From the human T2T-CHM13v2.0 reference genome, Homo sapiens: a stretch of 64,000 nucleotides of DNA. The notes beneath the pieces were generated by a model. It was given only the letters and a program-made list of their open reading frames with translations. It was not told the DNA's origin and searched no databases. Every line of letters begins with the position of its first letter. The stretch's first letter is position 1. The stretch is from assembly GCF_009914755.1 (NCBI RefSeq), contig NC_060925.1, one strand, 5' to 3'. The position numbers were made by a program, and so were the translations under genes. Shown one piece after another: positions 26,234 through 40,189 of the stretch.

Positions 26234-28607
26234 AGTTTTCAGTCCAAATCATCCTCTAAATTGCTGTGTAAATCTGGTCAAGGAATATCATGCCTGTAGT
26301 TCTACTAAAGGAGGTATTTGAATAAAAGGTTCCCTAAATTTCATTTCATCTTTACTGTCCTAAGTTTTGGGACAATTATTGTACAGGGAATTTTAATTGT
26401 TTCTGTAAATTTTCCAGCCAGACAAGTGCTGAACTGGATGCCTCAGGCAAGGTGTACCTCTTTGAACCCCTAGACTGATGTTATCATTACTTGGACCTCC
26501 TTTTTAGGATTTAGCCCTTTGGGTGTCCTAGGATGCTATAAAATAACACACACACTTTTTTCGCCATAAAAATGTTTACTGCCTCATTGTCACCCACCTT
26601 ACCATGGAAGTAAGGTAATGTCTCAGTCCAGTCTTGCTCAGAGAGAGATACTTTCTGAAGAAATCAGCTCAATAATGACATCATTTTCTATATCTGGTCA
26701 TCATAGTAGTCTTCACTACAAAGGTCATAAAAGGAGACATCTGCTGAGATTTCAAGTGCCACACAGACTAGATTCCAAGTTTAGAACACCTGTCAATTTA
26801 GAATTGAGCATTAAAGATTCCAAGGTATTTTACATTTCATTGGAGCTAGTGAGAACAAAAATCAAAGGAAGAAAAAAAAGTGAAAGTCAGTATGCAAACC
26901 AGTTGCCGTTTAAAACTCTTTGGCTTTGAGGACATGAGACAGAGTAAATGCGGGAAGGAGAAATATGAACTATCTAACCTCGGGGGTCCTGCAAACCCTG
27001 GTTCCAGCTGTATCTGAAATCAGTAAAGCAAAACCAGAACTGAAGAACTTACATGGAAATTTAAATGGTAGTTGGTGATGACATCATTTGTGGTCGGACT
27101 GGATGTGGAAGTGTGAAAGAAAGAGAAAAGTCAAGAATTACTCTGTTTCTGACCTGAGCAACTAGGACAGAGTTACCATCAATTATAATGAGGAAGACTA
27201 TTGACACAGTGTGCATTTGTGCTAAGCTTGTTTTGTGAGATAAATTGTTCGCGTTTCATCTCCACTGATGGCCCAGAATAGTTGCAGAATCATCAGATTT
27301 ATCTTCTTAATTGTTCCCTCCAACTTGGCTTTTTCAAACCGTTGTCATTGTTGCCATTTATAAAGGACAAAGCACTCTTGGAGACGGAGAACCAGCCAAA
27401 CCACCTGAAGTAAGGGATTGTCATCACAAGAAAAATATTCAAGTGCTAGTGTTTGATGAGAAATTTCAGAATAATGACAAGGCTGCTCCTATGAAAATCC
27501 AACATATCTTCTCCCTTAATATATACCTCAATTCGATTAATTCTCCAAAAGAACCATGACATTTTGCAGACATTTATACATAAAGTAAGACAACAGTTTG
27601 GTTCTGTGGAATCAGGCTGTAACCTCTTCCAGAGACAGTGTTGGTGCCCTCAGAATACACTATTTGAATAGATTACAGTGCCCACCGAAGTTGTGCAATG
27701 CACTGGCCTTGACCTCATCATTCTAATTCCACTGAGAAGAGTTACAGAGAGGGTGAATTATAAATTTGTGCAGGTGCTGATTGTAATAAAGAGCCACAGT
27801 GTGTATACTTTACTTAAAACCGAGTGAATAATGGAGTGAATAAATAAAAGTTTCCAAAATAACATTTCCAGAAACGTCTAGCATGTTTCCATTCATTTCT
27901 TTTCTTTCTGGGGGGACCAACACTGTGTAACACGGACACCTCTAATTTCAAGGAAGGCTGGGATTTTGTTTGTTGTTTATTTGTTTTGTAGCCTGGGAAC
28001 ACTGATGCTCCAGATGGATAAGTCTCTTAGTAACACAGAAGAGAAGGAATAATTTGGTAGGCAGCCAGCACTAGTAGTGTCTGCCATATATACCCCTTCC
28101 TTTGTTTATATAAATTAACTTGGTTAACCATTTGTTTTCTTTGCAAAAAGCTCTTGGATACCTGCAAAAAATTCCAGCTAGCATTTGAGAAATTGGCCAG
28201 TGATGACATTTTATATAAAATGCACTTTGTTGCAATAAGAAGTAACAAAGAGAAAGACAGACCACTGAGTTTGTTTCTTTGTTTTCTTTTTAATATAGAA
28301 TGGGTTATGATAACATTATTTTGAAAACTAATGTCTTATCCTAATCTTTGATTTTACTAGTTTAGTTATTAATTTATGGAAAATAAACTCAAAGACATAC
28401 TCAGAAAACACATTTATTCTTTATTAATGCAAAAAAGTTAGTGACCAGAATTGTTATTATCTAAGTACCCTTAGACACAGTAGTGCAAACAAAATACTTA
28501 GAACAGTATTTTGATATTTGTTAAGCAGTCAATCATGCCACTTGAACTTTTTCATTCTTACCATATCCTGGAATACTTGAAAAGCCAAATTCAAAATATG
28601 AATGTTC

Positions 28608-28826
28608 TGGGCAACATAGCAAGACCTTATCTCTACCAAAAAAATTAAAAATTAGCAAGGCCTGGTGGTGCGGGCCTGTAGTCCTAGCTACTCAGGAGGC
28701 TGAAGGTGGGTGGACCACTTGAGACCAGAAGGTTGAGATTGCAGTAAGTCATGACTACACCACTACACTCCAGCCTACACAACAGAGCAACAGCCTGTCT
28801 CTAAATAAATAAGCAAATAAATAGAA
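28608..28826 (+). mobile_element. 5'-truncated AluJ
   Basis: Starts at CTGGGCAACATAGCAAGACC; right monomer plus TAAA tail. Confidence 0.88.
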
Positions 28827-29103
28827 ATACAACAGTTTTTGGAAAATATGAAACAGAGCAAAATAAATTAGTTAGACATGAATAAAATAGGCCATGTAGA
28901 ACCCAGAGAACTGTCATTATTCCAGAGTACACCACTTTGTTGAGCAAAATGCTTATTTTCCACATAGTCTCTGCCCCTTTTTCTGTTTCTGTGCTTCCCA
29001 CCTGCCTCTCCCTCTCTGTCTGTCTCTTCTCTCTTTCCATGTGAGGATAAGATTTGATAAATGATGCTTCCTGGTCTCTGGTGTATCATTTCTGAAATCA
29101 CAT

Positions 29104-29873
29104 TGATAAGGACAGAAGGCAGGAAAATACTGGGTAGAAGAGGACAGTACCCTGCAAAGGCCCCACCCTCAACCCTGGAAACACACAGCCCTGAATGGAA
29201 ACAGGCATTCCTAGTTTTCCTGTCCAAATGTTGCCTTTTCCAAGGCCACTCTGGCCTCTCATGCCCCTATCCTCTGCTCATATAGATCCCAAGCTCCACA
29301 AGCAGAGAAACAGAGGAGTAGAAGAGTGGCAGAGTGGCAGAGCAGTGCAGCAGAGAAGGAGAGATGAGAAGGAGCACCTGAATGTTGAGAGAAGTTTGAC
29401 TAGGGACGGTTGGAGGGGAATTGACCATAGACAGCCAAACCCCAGTGGAAGGTCATCTTCCCACTCCATCCCCTTTCCAGCTCCCCATCCATCTCACTGA
29501 AAGCCACCTCCACCACTCAATAAAAGCCCCTCACTCACCATCCTTCAAGTCCGAGTGACCTGATTCTTCTTGGACACTGGACAAGGACCTGGGTACCAAG
29601 TAGTCAGGGTGTAAAAGGCTGCTACCCCAACTCTCCACTGAGCTGGTTTAACACTTAGCCATCCGTGGATGGCAACTGCTAAAAGGGCATTAATTGTAAC
29701 ACACCCCTAGATGCTACCATGGGGCTGGAGCCCAAAAGCACTTGCCTCAGCTCCTGTACTTGCCCATCTGCATGCTCCCCCTCCCATAAGGGGCTTGAGT
29801 GAGTGGTGGTGAACAAATGAGTCACACCCCTGTCACAAGTCCCACGAGGGGGTCGGGGACCTCTCCCATTTCA
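29104..29873 (+). mobile_element. MER50 (ERV1) solo LTR
   Basis: TGATAAGGACAGAAGGCAGGAAAATACTGGGTAGAAGAGG...TTTCA; perfect 4-bp TSD ACAT. Confidence 0.88.
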
Positions 29874-30931
29874 ACATGCTAATCAACAACTTATATCTAC
29901 CTACAACATTTCTTTAAGACAGTCATTTTAAGGTTTTTATATTTGTTTCTTTTTAGGTGGTTGCTTTCCATTTTAGGGGCACTTCTTTTTCTCCTTGCCA
30001 GACTGATGAAAATATCCCCACCTGTTGGAATACTTTTTTATCTTACTCCTTTGAAAGCCATCAATTTTTCTTGCATTATATTAGCTTACATTCAGAAAAT
30101 GACATTACTATCTTTTCTTTTGATTCTAGGAGTTTTCTTGATTACAGTCCTGCCACACTATATTCCCTGCCTAAAATACTCTATTCTTTGGAAACCATCT
30201 AATGTAAATCTCAGAAAAGGCCCACTAATGAGCTAAAGATTGACACAGTAATTGTTGTTTCAATGGGAAAAACATTCAGAGGGTGAGGAGTGTGCATTTC
30301 TCTTATTTCGTTTCAATAGTAGCAATCAAACTTCTAATTAAAATTAGGCCCGCAATTATTTCTAAATGATTTTGATGACTTCACTAATCTGCAGTGATGA
30401 GTTACCTCTCTAATATTTAACATCCTAACAAGGCAAGCCACGTATTATCAAGCACAAGTCAAATTTCAGTCAGACCTCTATTTCTGGACACTAAGAATCC
30501 ATTGCTTCTCTTGTATGGTGAGGGGCATATTTTCAGACACAGTTCCTGTCCTAAATAGACTGAACATTTGTCTCACATTGTAAACTTCCAGAGGGCAGAC
30601 AACAGTGGCAGTTGTAATGCATTTTAGCTCCCTCAAAGGAGCACTAAGGGGAGGCGAAGAAGCTGCTCATCAACTCTCCTGGCCACTCAGCTGGAACTCC
30701 TTGGTTTTGAGGTTGAAGTAGCTGCTCTCAGAGGCTAGTGGGACCTCTTTTATTCCTAAGGGGAGAGTTGCCCTTTTGTAAGAATCATGTCTTTAAAGAA
30801 CAATTTTATTGTAACATGCTCAGAGGTTGCCTTTATCATAGTCCTGTCCTTGGGGAATCTCATCTGTGATCTTATGATGCTCCTAATCTTTACCTCCAAT
30901 CCTATCTTCTCTTTTGTGATCTGGACTCAAC

Positions 30932-31908
<977 letters not shown>

Positions 31909-32189
31909 CAACCATCCAACTTATTTCTAAACCTCACTTGAATAACAAAGAATCAGGGATTGTCAACTCATTTTCTTTACTTTAAAATATGTTCATTTTT
32001 GAGAAATCCCAGTTATCCATATCAGAAAGTTGAGGCTCCTTTCTCAATTTCTTTATTTTTTTTAACCTCTCATAATTAATCAATGACCATCTCTCAATTC
32101 TTCCATCCTTTTAACATTTATCTATCCTCTCCATTACTTCATTCCTGAAATTAAAAAAAAAAAAACTTAGACCATTATCATTCAAAGTA

Positions 32190-32703
32190 CCTCTTGATAG
32201 CTGTCTCCCAAGCACTCCTTTCCTGTTCCCAATAGTAATCTAAATGTTGTTCCCATATACACCTTTCCCGTATATGACCTGGATAATTCAGAAAAACCTA
32301 ATCCAACCCCCAACTTCAGGGATAGGTCTGATTGATTGAATGGCAATTCTACCATCCTTATCCCAAAGAGGGGCTCCTAAACCTAGCTTTTCATATTCCC
32401 ATGAACAAAAGATTAGATGAAGAGCACATAATCCATTTCGCCAATGAGATTCAAGGGGACAACTGCTGGAAATTTTCTGAAGACTTAAAGCCTGAATTAA
32501 TTCACCACAGGAGGAAAACCAGCCAGAAGATAATGTATAGCCCAGGAACGAAAGAGAAATGGATCTGAGACAGGTGTTTTAATCCATCTTCAAAGCCCAC
32601 CCTACTTCACTACTTTCATTGCATAAGCCAATAAGCTTACTTATTTATTAACAGAATTTGACTTGGAATGTCTCTCATTTGCAACAAAGAAATCTTAACT
32701 ATT
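32190..32703 (+). mobile_element. Old MLT1 (K/L-like) LTR
   Basis: GCCAATGAGAT...AAGCCAATAA...CATTTGCAACAAAGAAATCTTAACT 3' signature. Confidence 0.6.
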
Positions 32704-34474
32704 GGTTTTCTCTCACCATGGTTATCACAACAGTCTCCCAAGTTATTTCTCTATCTATGGTATAACCCCCTAATGTTGATCACTCATTCTCTTGACAGTG
32801 ATCTTTTGAAAAACCTTTCAAATCTATCCATGTGTTCCCTGCTTAATCTCCTACCATGATACCCTATCATCTTTAGAATAAATTAAACCTCGTCAACCTG
32901 ACACACAAGATATCAATTATTGAATTTTTTTCTGTCTCCCCAGCCTCATATCTCCCTTCTTCTGAATGTAAATTCTATGCTACAACCCTGGTCAAATGAT
33001 TATGGCTCCCAGAACACAAGGTTATCATTCACCTCTTTGCCTTTGACATTCAGGTTTCTCATTGTAGAATTCAATTTAACTCCATTCTCTTCAGCAACCA
33101 TCTATTTTGAACCTACATTGTATCCAAATGTGTGCAATGCACTGGCAAAGTTGTTTTCTCCTTGCTTACCTGATGCCACCCTGCTGTAAAGCCTGTCCCC
33201 TTCTTAGAGAACTGTCCTTTGTCGTTTGTTTCATGCTTTCTTTCTTGTTAACACATATCCACTGTTTCATTGGTTTGTTATAATTGGCGTCTGTTTAGTG
33301 TCTGTCTTAAAGGCAAGATATATTTATTATTTATCTCCGTATTTCCAAAGTCCCAAGGTTGAGGTTGGTATATTGATTTATTCACACAATTAAGCAAATG
33401 GAAAACCAGACCATTAAAATTGGGAGTCACATTAGGTATGAGCTAATACTAACGGTGAATGAGTGAGGTGACCTACTGCCTGCTGAAAAATGGCCCCTGA
33501 TACTTGGCTTCCATGTAAGAGGGGCCATAGCAAGTGAAGTGACTGATGGTGATTGGACAGCATGTGCAGATGCCAGAGGCATGCACATCTCAGCTCAGAT
33601 CATTGCTGGGAGGTAAATAGGCTCCATGTTGCCAGCACATCTGATGTTAGTTCAAAAAAAGAAAAGAAAAACCCACCACACAGGGCCAATATGTTTGGCA
33701 TCCCCTCTATGGACTAAATATGTCCAGGGCCCGATAGCATCCTCCAATTTATTCCAGTCTCATTTTGCAAGTGAGGAAACCAAAACCAGAACCAAAACAC
33801 AGTTTCCCCTAAGAGATCACTTGATTGAAAGTACATGCCTCTCCTTCACACTCTTATGGACCCTGCACATTTAATGATTTAGAGCAATTTGTTTATCTGT
33901 ATCCCTCCTCCATCACAGTGCACATTCTATGAGTGTAGAGAGTGCCCTTATCTTTCTCATTCCACAGGACCAGGAACGCAGTGCTCTGGAAATACTCCTT
34001 GAATGCATATTAAATGGAAATCATGCTCCTGGAAGACAGTATTTGACTCTTGGCATCATCACCACCTTTAACATGTAGATTTGTAGATCCACTCAATAAG
34101 ACATTTAATAAAACTTTCTGTGCTGAACTCTTGAAAGTTGGGAGTGGAATGGATGGCAGATCTTAAAGTACTGGGAGAGTTATGTAGATTAATCTCTTCT
34201 ACAAGGCATAAAAGTGACATAGAAGAATAACAGCTTGTTTTAGGCAAAGAGGAAGAAGCATCAGTTATAGAGGTGGATACGGAGAGCTTCCTTAACTGAG
34301 TGAGTGACCAAGTGTGTGTAGGGTTCTGACAAATAGAGAATGAACTGTTGGGCTGAGGAGTTGGTGTGCCACCACAGCGAATGCTGGGCATACTTTCACA
34401 GTGTCTTGCTGCATTCATTTTTGCCTCCATGAGCATCTCTGTACTAAGTAAATGTGTAGGGGAGTTTTCCTAGC

Positions 34475-35884
34475 TGTAAAAGGCAGAATAATGGCCTGCT
34501 ACATATCCATAGCCTAATCCTCAGAACCTGTGACTATGTTAGGTTACATGGCAAAGAGTAATTAAGGTAACACATGGAATTATTGTGGCTAATCAGCTGA
34601 CCTTATAATAGAGAGATTATTCTGGATTATCCAGATAAAACCAATGTAATAATAGAGTCCTTACAAGTGCAAGACAGAGACAAAAGAGCCAGAGTCAGGT
34701 GTAAACTAAAAATAAAATTCTAAGCCCCAACCAACTGTACAAACCCCCTCTTGGCTAAGAAGACACCAGAAAAAGCTTGAAAACTGACAGGATGGGAGGT
34801 CAAACACACCTGGTTATACTCCCTCCCTTTTGGAGTTTAGAGAAAACAATGTTAAACTGGAGATCATAAGACTGACAGGTCAGACTTTGTGGCAGTCAGA
34901 TACCAAATTACAAACAGGACCTAAGGCCATGCCAGGCAAGAGTTAAGTCATCCAGCCCTACACTTAAAGAATAAATTATGTTCTAATTGTCACAAATTTT
35001 TCCTTTTTCTCCAGCAAGAGGCTAAACAAATACTGGCCTTGAAATAAGCAATGTTGAAACTTTCCACTTTACTAATCGTTAGACACTGACTAACTGAGGG
35101 CCCCCTGTCCCACCAGCCCTAACTAAAGCTTTGATTGGACAAGAGACTGATTTCAGCAACTTTCTCCCTATTAGAAGACCACTGACCATGGATAGGTTTT
35201 GGTCAGTTTACAGAGGCAGCACACTTGAGTGCCTTTGTGTTCTGAGAAGACTTTTAGACATACAGGATCTAATTGTCATGTATCTAAGTGTTAAGTCTCC
35301 ACCTCAAAGTGAACGTAGATTGTATGTTACATGCATGTTTATTCAGCGCGCATGTGTCAGGACCACCTTCCTGAATATTCAGATCTTCTCCCACATCCTG
35401 TTAAATATGTATGTGTAGCCAATCTGTTCATCATAAAGCTCCTAGCCTAACCTCTCCTCCTTTGAAGTGCCATCTCTTATCTTTGCCAGAGACTATGCTT
35501 CCCACTCTGTGAAATGGCCATGTGCAGGCTGCAACCCTTTACAAGAAATAAAATCTCCTTTTCTAAATGTGTGGATCTTGTGGGTTTTAAATTAACAGAG
35601 ATTATGATATGTGACCATGAATGCAGATGTTAGAGTGATGAAGTTGTGAGCTTTGAAGATTGAGGAAGGGAACCATGAGCCAGGCTATGTAGGCAGCCTC
35701 TAGCAGATGGGAAAGGCAAGGAAACAGGGTCTCTAGAGTCTCCAGAAAGAAACACTCACTTATTTTTGGCCCAGTAAGAGTCATTTTGGACTTCTGATAT
35801 CCAGAATTGTAAGAAAAGTAATTAGCATTGTTTTAAGCCGCTGTTTGTGGAAATTTGTTGGAACAGCCATAGGAAACTCATATA
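34475..35884 (+). mobile_element. MLT1D/E solo LTR split by a MER4-type LTR
   Basis: GGCAGAATAATGGCC...GCTAATCAGCTGACCTT in 34475-34699; resumes at 35598 and ends CAGCCATAGGAAACTCATATA. Confidence 0.85.
34700..35597 (+). mobile_element. MER4 (MER4D-like) ERV1 solo LTR
   Basis: TGTAAACTAAAAATAAAATTCTAAGCCCC start, AATAAA signal, ends TAACA; about 900 bp. Confidence 0.85.
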
Positions 35885-38800
35885 TTAGCTGTTTGACCTT
35901 GACAAATCACCACGCCTGTTGGAGCCTTGCCTGTGTGACACAGTATATAAAATCAACCCTAAAAACTAGCTTTACTCTTATGATTAATATTACATAGACA
36001 ATACTACTGAACTAACAATAGTTTTAATGGAGTGTAGGCCTCTGCCTTTATCACAATTGTATTCAACCTACACGCTTGATTTTTCTGTTTACATGGTGCT
36101 ATCAACCCTGAACAGCTCTGGGCACAGAAATCTGGCTGACTCATTGCAAGCTTCACTGAATTCCCACTGCATATTGCCATGTTCACTGACTGCGGTTTCT
36201 GCTGGAAATATCTGTTGCCTAGTTAAGGGAGTGTTCCCTGCTTTGAGAGCCTAGGCAACTGCATATGTGAAAGTTTCTGGTTTCCTGGGATTACAAATTA
36301 AATGTCAGGGAAGATAAAAATGCTGTGAAAGGATTCCAAGAAGCAGTGCAGTGAATTAGATAAGAAGAAGAATCCCTGTTTGGCTTGGGAAGTGCTTTCA
36401 TTGAAGCCATTAATAGATAAGTCTTAGATGATGGCATTCCCCTCATCCACAGCTCCTCACCTATTATAATAAAATTGGATGTTGTGCTGGTTGAAAATCA
36501 TGCACCCTTTCTCTCCCGAGTAAGATCAGGAATCAGAATAGGCTGTGTTTTTACCATTAGCAAGTTATATTTACATTCTCTTTGATTCTATTTCTTCATC
36601 TGTAATACGATACTAAAAGAGTAATAAAAGACACTGCAAAATTTAAACATGATAAGGCTAACATTTTTGACTGCTTACTATGTGCAAGGAATTGTTCCAA
36701 GTACTTTTAATGTAATATTTATTCTTCACAACACTATGAAACATTCCAGTTTTACAGATGAGAAAATTGAGGGATAGGGAGATACATTTCTCTAGGACTC
36801 AGAGGTACTAAGTGCTGAAAATTTTACTAATGTGCTTAAATGCCTCTCTAAGATTTGGTACTTGGCATGGTAAGGGTTCAATACTGTGAACTGATGTTAT
36901 TATATGTCTGCCTTGCAGTGTTGTGTAGTTGTTAGGGTTAAGGAGAAAGTCCTTCGAAAATAAAACAACAGCATGTAAGTAGCATTTCCATACGGGAAAT
37001 GCTATCACTCCTTCCTCTTTGTGCACTCTTAGCTTGCCTGGCGTTTGCAACCACATCCTAATTCTTCCACCAGTGTGTTGCCTGACCTCACAATGCTGTG
37101 AGAATGATATTCTAAAATGTAAACCAGAAGGTGGCATTCCATGACTGAAAGCAAATATGCAATATATTCAACTCCTATAATGTACTGTAAAGGCCTTTCA
37201 ACATGCTGTGGTTAACACCCACCTCTCCAATCCCTCTGGGGCTCCATGTTCACTACCATACTTTATTCAAGCTCTGTTAAAATACTTACTTCATTAACTA
37301 TGGCACACGAACCGTGTCACATTACTTTTTGGCTGGACACATTTGCACATGTTATTTCTTGGATGTAGAATATCCTTACACCACCATTTTCATGCCAGGT
37401 CAAGCCATGCTCACCTTCAAAACTATGTGCCTGGTGTGGTGCAATATTTTTAGTGAACATTAGATAATATGCAAAATGACTGGTCTACAAATAACATTTT
37501 TGCAAAAGGAAATAGCTTATTTTTTTCAGTGTTTTTATTTCCTGGGTCGAATTCCCTCACTCCATTCCTTGTTTCTTGTTTTATTCACACAAGCCCCCTG
37601 GTTGTTTTCTACTTGACTTTTATCCTTCTGTTTGGTACACAGTTCAGGTTCTCCTAACTCCAGGATTCAGCTTCCTTCCCAACTACATCATTGTTCCACT
37701 TATTCACAGACAACCCTCTTTGGGCTCCCACCACTTTTAGGACCTCCCCTTACTGGAGGTTAAGGCCTGGCATTTTAGATCAAAGGTCAACTTCTTTTGA
37801 GAAGTCTTTTCTGATCTCTCCAGGAAAAGCTGTGCTCTCCTCCTATGGAGTTGGTTCGTTGTTTTACCACAGCATCCATCTTGTTGGGTGACTAATATGT
37901 ACTGATTCTGTATCCAGAGTAGAGTGGGCCTCTAGAAAGCAGCAATAATGTTCTAACTATTCCTGTTGTAGGCCTTATCACTTAGGTTTGGATGAACAAT
38001 TTAACCTTCTTTTAATTTCACTTTCCTAAACTATGAATGGGTATAATACTTTTCTGTAGAGCTAAAAGAATTAGGCACCATGTAAAAACATAGAATAGTG
38101 TCTGCACATAGTAAGAACTAATATTTGTTAGCCAATACTATTATCTAAATTCAAAGAGACACTGGACAATTTCCTCAAGACTGAAGGTGAAGAGGAGGAA
38201 GAGGGTTGGTTTTGCCTTCTCAACTTATTCAGAAGCCACAACTGATCAATCATTAACTATGGCATCAGCCTTAACCATCAGAGTGAAGGGTAAAGAACCA
38301 GGGTTATGAATTTGTTTCATTGCCATTGCATCAGTACGTAGTGCATCTGGAGTAGATCCTAGGCACCTATGATACCAGTGATGTCCAGCCTTCCATAGCC
38401 CATCTTTGTGGTGTTGGCTGTTCACTTTGCTGTTTGATTGTCTCCATAGGCCTTCTACCAGGGCTGCCTATGTCCTTATCAAAGGGTATACCACTTTTGA
38501 CCCCTGACCTGGGCTTTGCCAAATCTCTTCTCTGAAGGCCAGATCTGGTCTTTTCTACATCATGGCTGAATGCTCCCAAAAGCCTGTTTATTCTACTGCT
38601 TGAGCACTATCAATTGGACTACTGTCTGGGGAGGACACAGCCCTATAGCCCAATTTGTGTTCTCAGCCCTGGCTTGTCCTCCTTACTCCCCTAGTGACAC
38701 TTCTAAGTTTCCAGAATTTCTTGCTACTCAGAGTTCATATGAGTTATGTGAGAGGATGACTCATATTTTTGTAAGAGTCGAAAGACTGAGGACAAGTAAC

Positions 38801-39988
38801 TAGATTCTGATATTCCATCCCTTCCTTCCCAAGCCAATTTATAAATTCTGATGATGCATTTATTGGCAAAGGCTCTCCCTTCACTTCCTATTTCTATGTG
38901 CTTCAAGACCATCACTACATCTCACAAAAAAGGGAGTTGTCTCACAAAAAAGGGAGTTTTTTGATCAAGCTCCTCACATTGTTTGGTTCGTTCAACTGCC
39001 TTTAAAAAACATGGAGAAGAAAATGTGTTTTCTCTTAAACCTGGATATCAGTACAGGCTATCAGTTTGAAAATAACTTGTAGCAAGTACTGCTTATTAAT
39101 ATTATCCATAAAGTCCATCTGGTACCCAAATTCCTATCATAAAATGAGATTTTGTGGTAGGAACATTTCAAAAAGAGCCTTTGTGTAATGCAAAGGGATG
39201 TAACTATTAAATCAAACCCAAGAGTGTTCACCCAGGCCCATCTTTCATATTCTTTCTAAAGATACCTTTGAATGCAGTGGGATGAATTCATCTTTTGGCA
39301 CAACTTTTAATACCTAGATTGCCTCTTTGCACTGTGCCAAATAGAAAACCTTCAGTCAGGGACAAAATCTCATCTGTAGAAATTATAATTTTGTGAGTTT
39401 GTTGAAAACTCAAAGGAAAATTTTCTCTAAGCACTGGTTTCCCAAAAGATCTTAAAAGGTACCTTCTTGGAATTTTTCCTGGTGAATTAAATTGTGAACT
39501 GGACTATGTGACTTACTGCTTGAACAGTTTAGCTTGTGCTGTTCTTGATAAGAACTGAAGGAAAATATGAATCATAAAAAATGACTTCAGAATTAAGTAA
39601 CCAAATATAAAGATTGGGATGGGTAATAATGGAGTTCCATAATGGACTTATAAAAGTACATGACAGAGCTCTTCTCTGTATATGTCTATTCACTTTTATT
39701 CTGGGCTTTAGAAATTATCAGATGCTATTTTCCACGTGAAACTCACTTTTTTGGACTTTGAATTCATGTTATTATTTTTGACTTTTAAACTAATTAATCT
39801 TCTTTGGTTTTATGAAATCAGGATTATCTTCAGCCATTCCCTTTCTCATTCTTCATAGTTTGTCAGTCAACAAGTCCTGCCAGTTTTGTCATTGAAATGT
39901 TTCTCTAGTTCTCACTCACTTCCACCACAGCATAACACACAGACTCTCAAAACACATACCCTCCAGTTACATTACCAGTATTCTATTT

Positions 39989-40189
39989 CAGGGTCAGCAA
40001 ACAACTGCCTGTGGGGGAGTATGCCAACTGCTTTTGCTAAGAAAGTTTTATTGGAACACATCCATGTTCATATGTTTATGCATTGTCTGTGGCTTTTTTG
40101 GCATTACAATGACTGAGTTGAGTAGTTGCAAAGTCTAAAATATTTGTTATCAATCAGGCTTTCCACAAAAAAATGTTTGATGACTCCTG
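39989..40189 (+). mobile_element. MER58A-like hAT-Charlie MITE
   Basis: TIRs CAGGGTCAGCAAAC and GTTTGATGACTCCTG; 8-bp TSD TTCTATTT/TTCTAGTT; core AAAGTTTTATTGGAACACA. Confidence 0.88.

Noticed and set aside
27366-27409. 44-bp plus-strand exon (AAAG|GACAAAG...CCTGAA|GTAAGG)
   Set aside because: The donor is good but the polypyrimidine tract is poor, no peptide is recognisable, and I found no partner exons.
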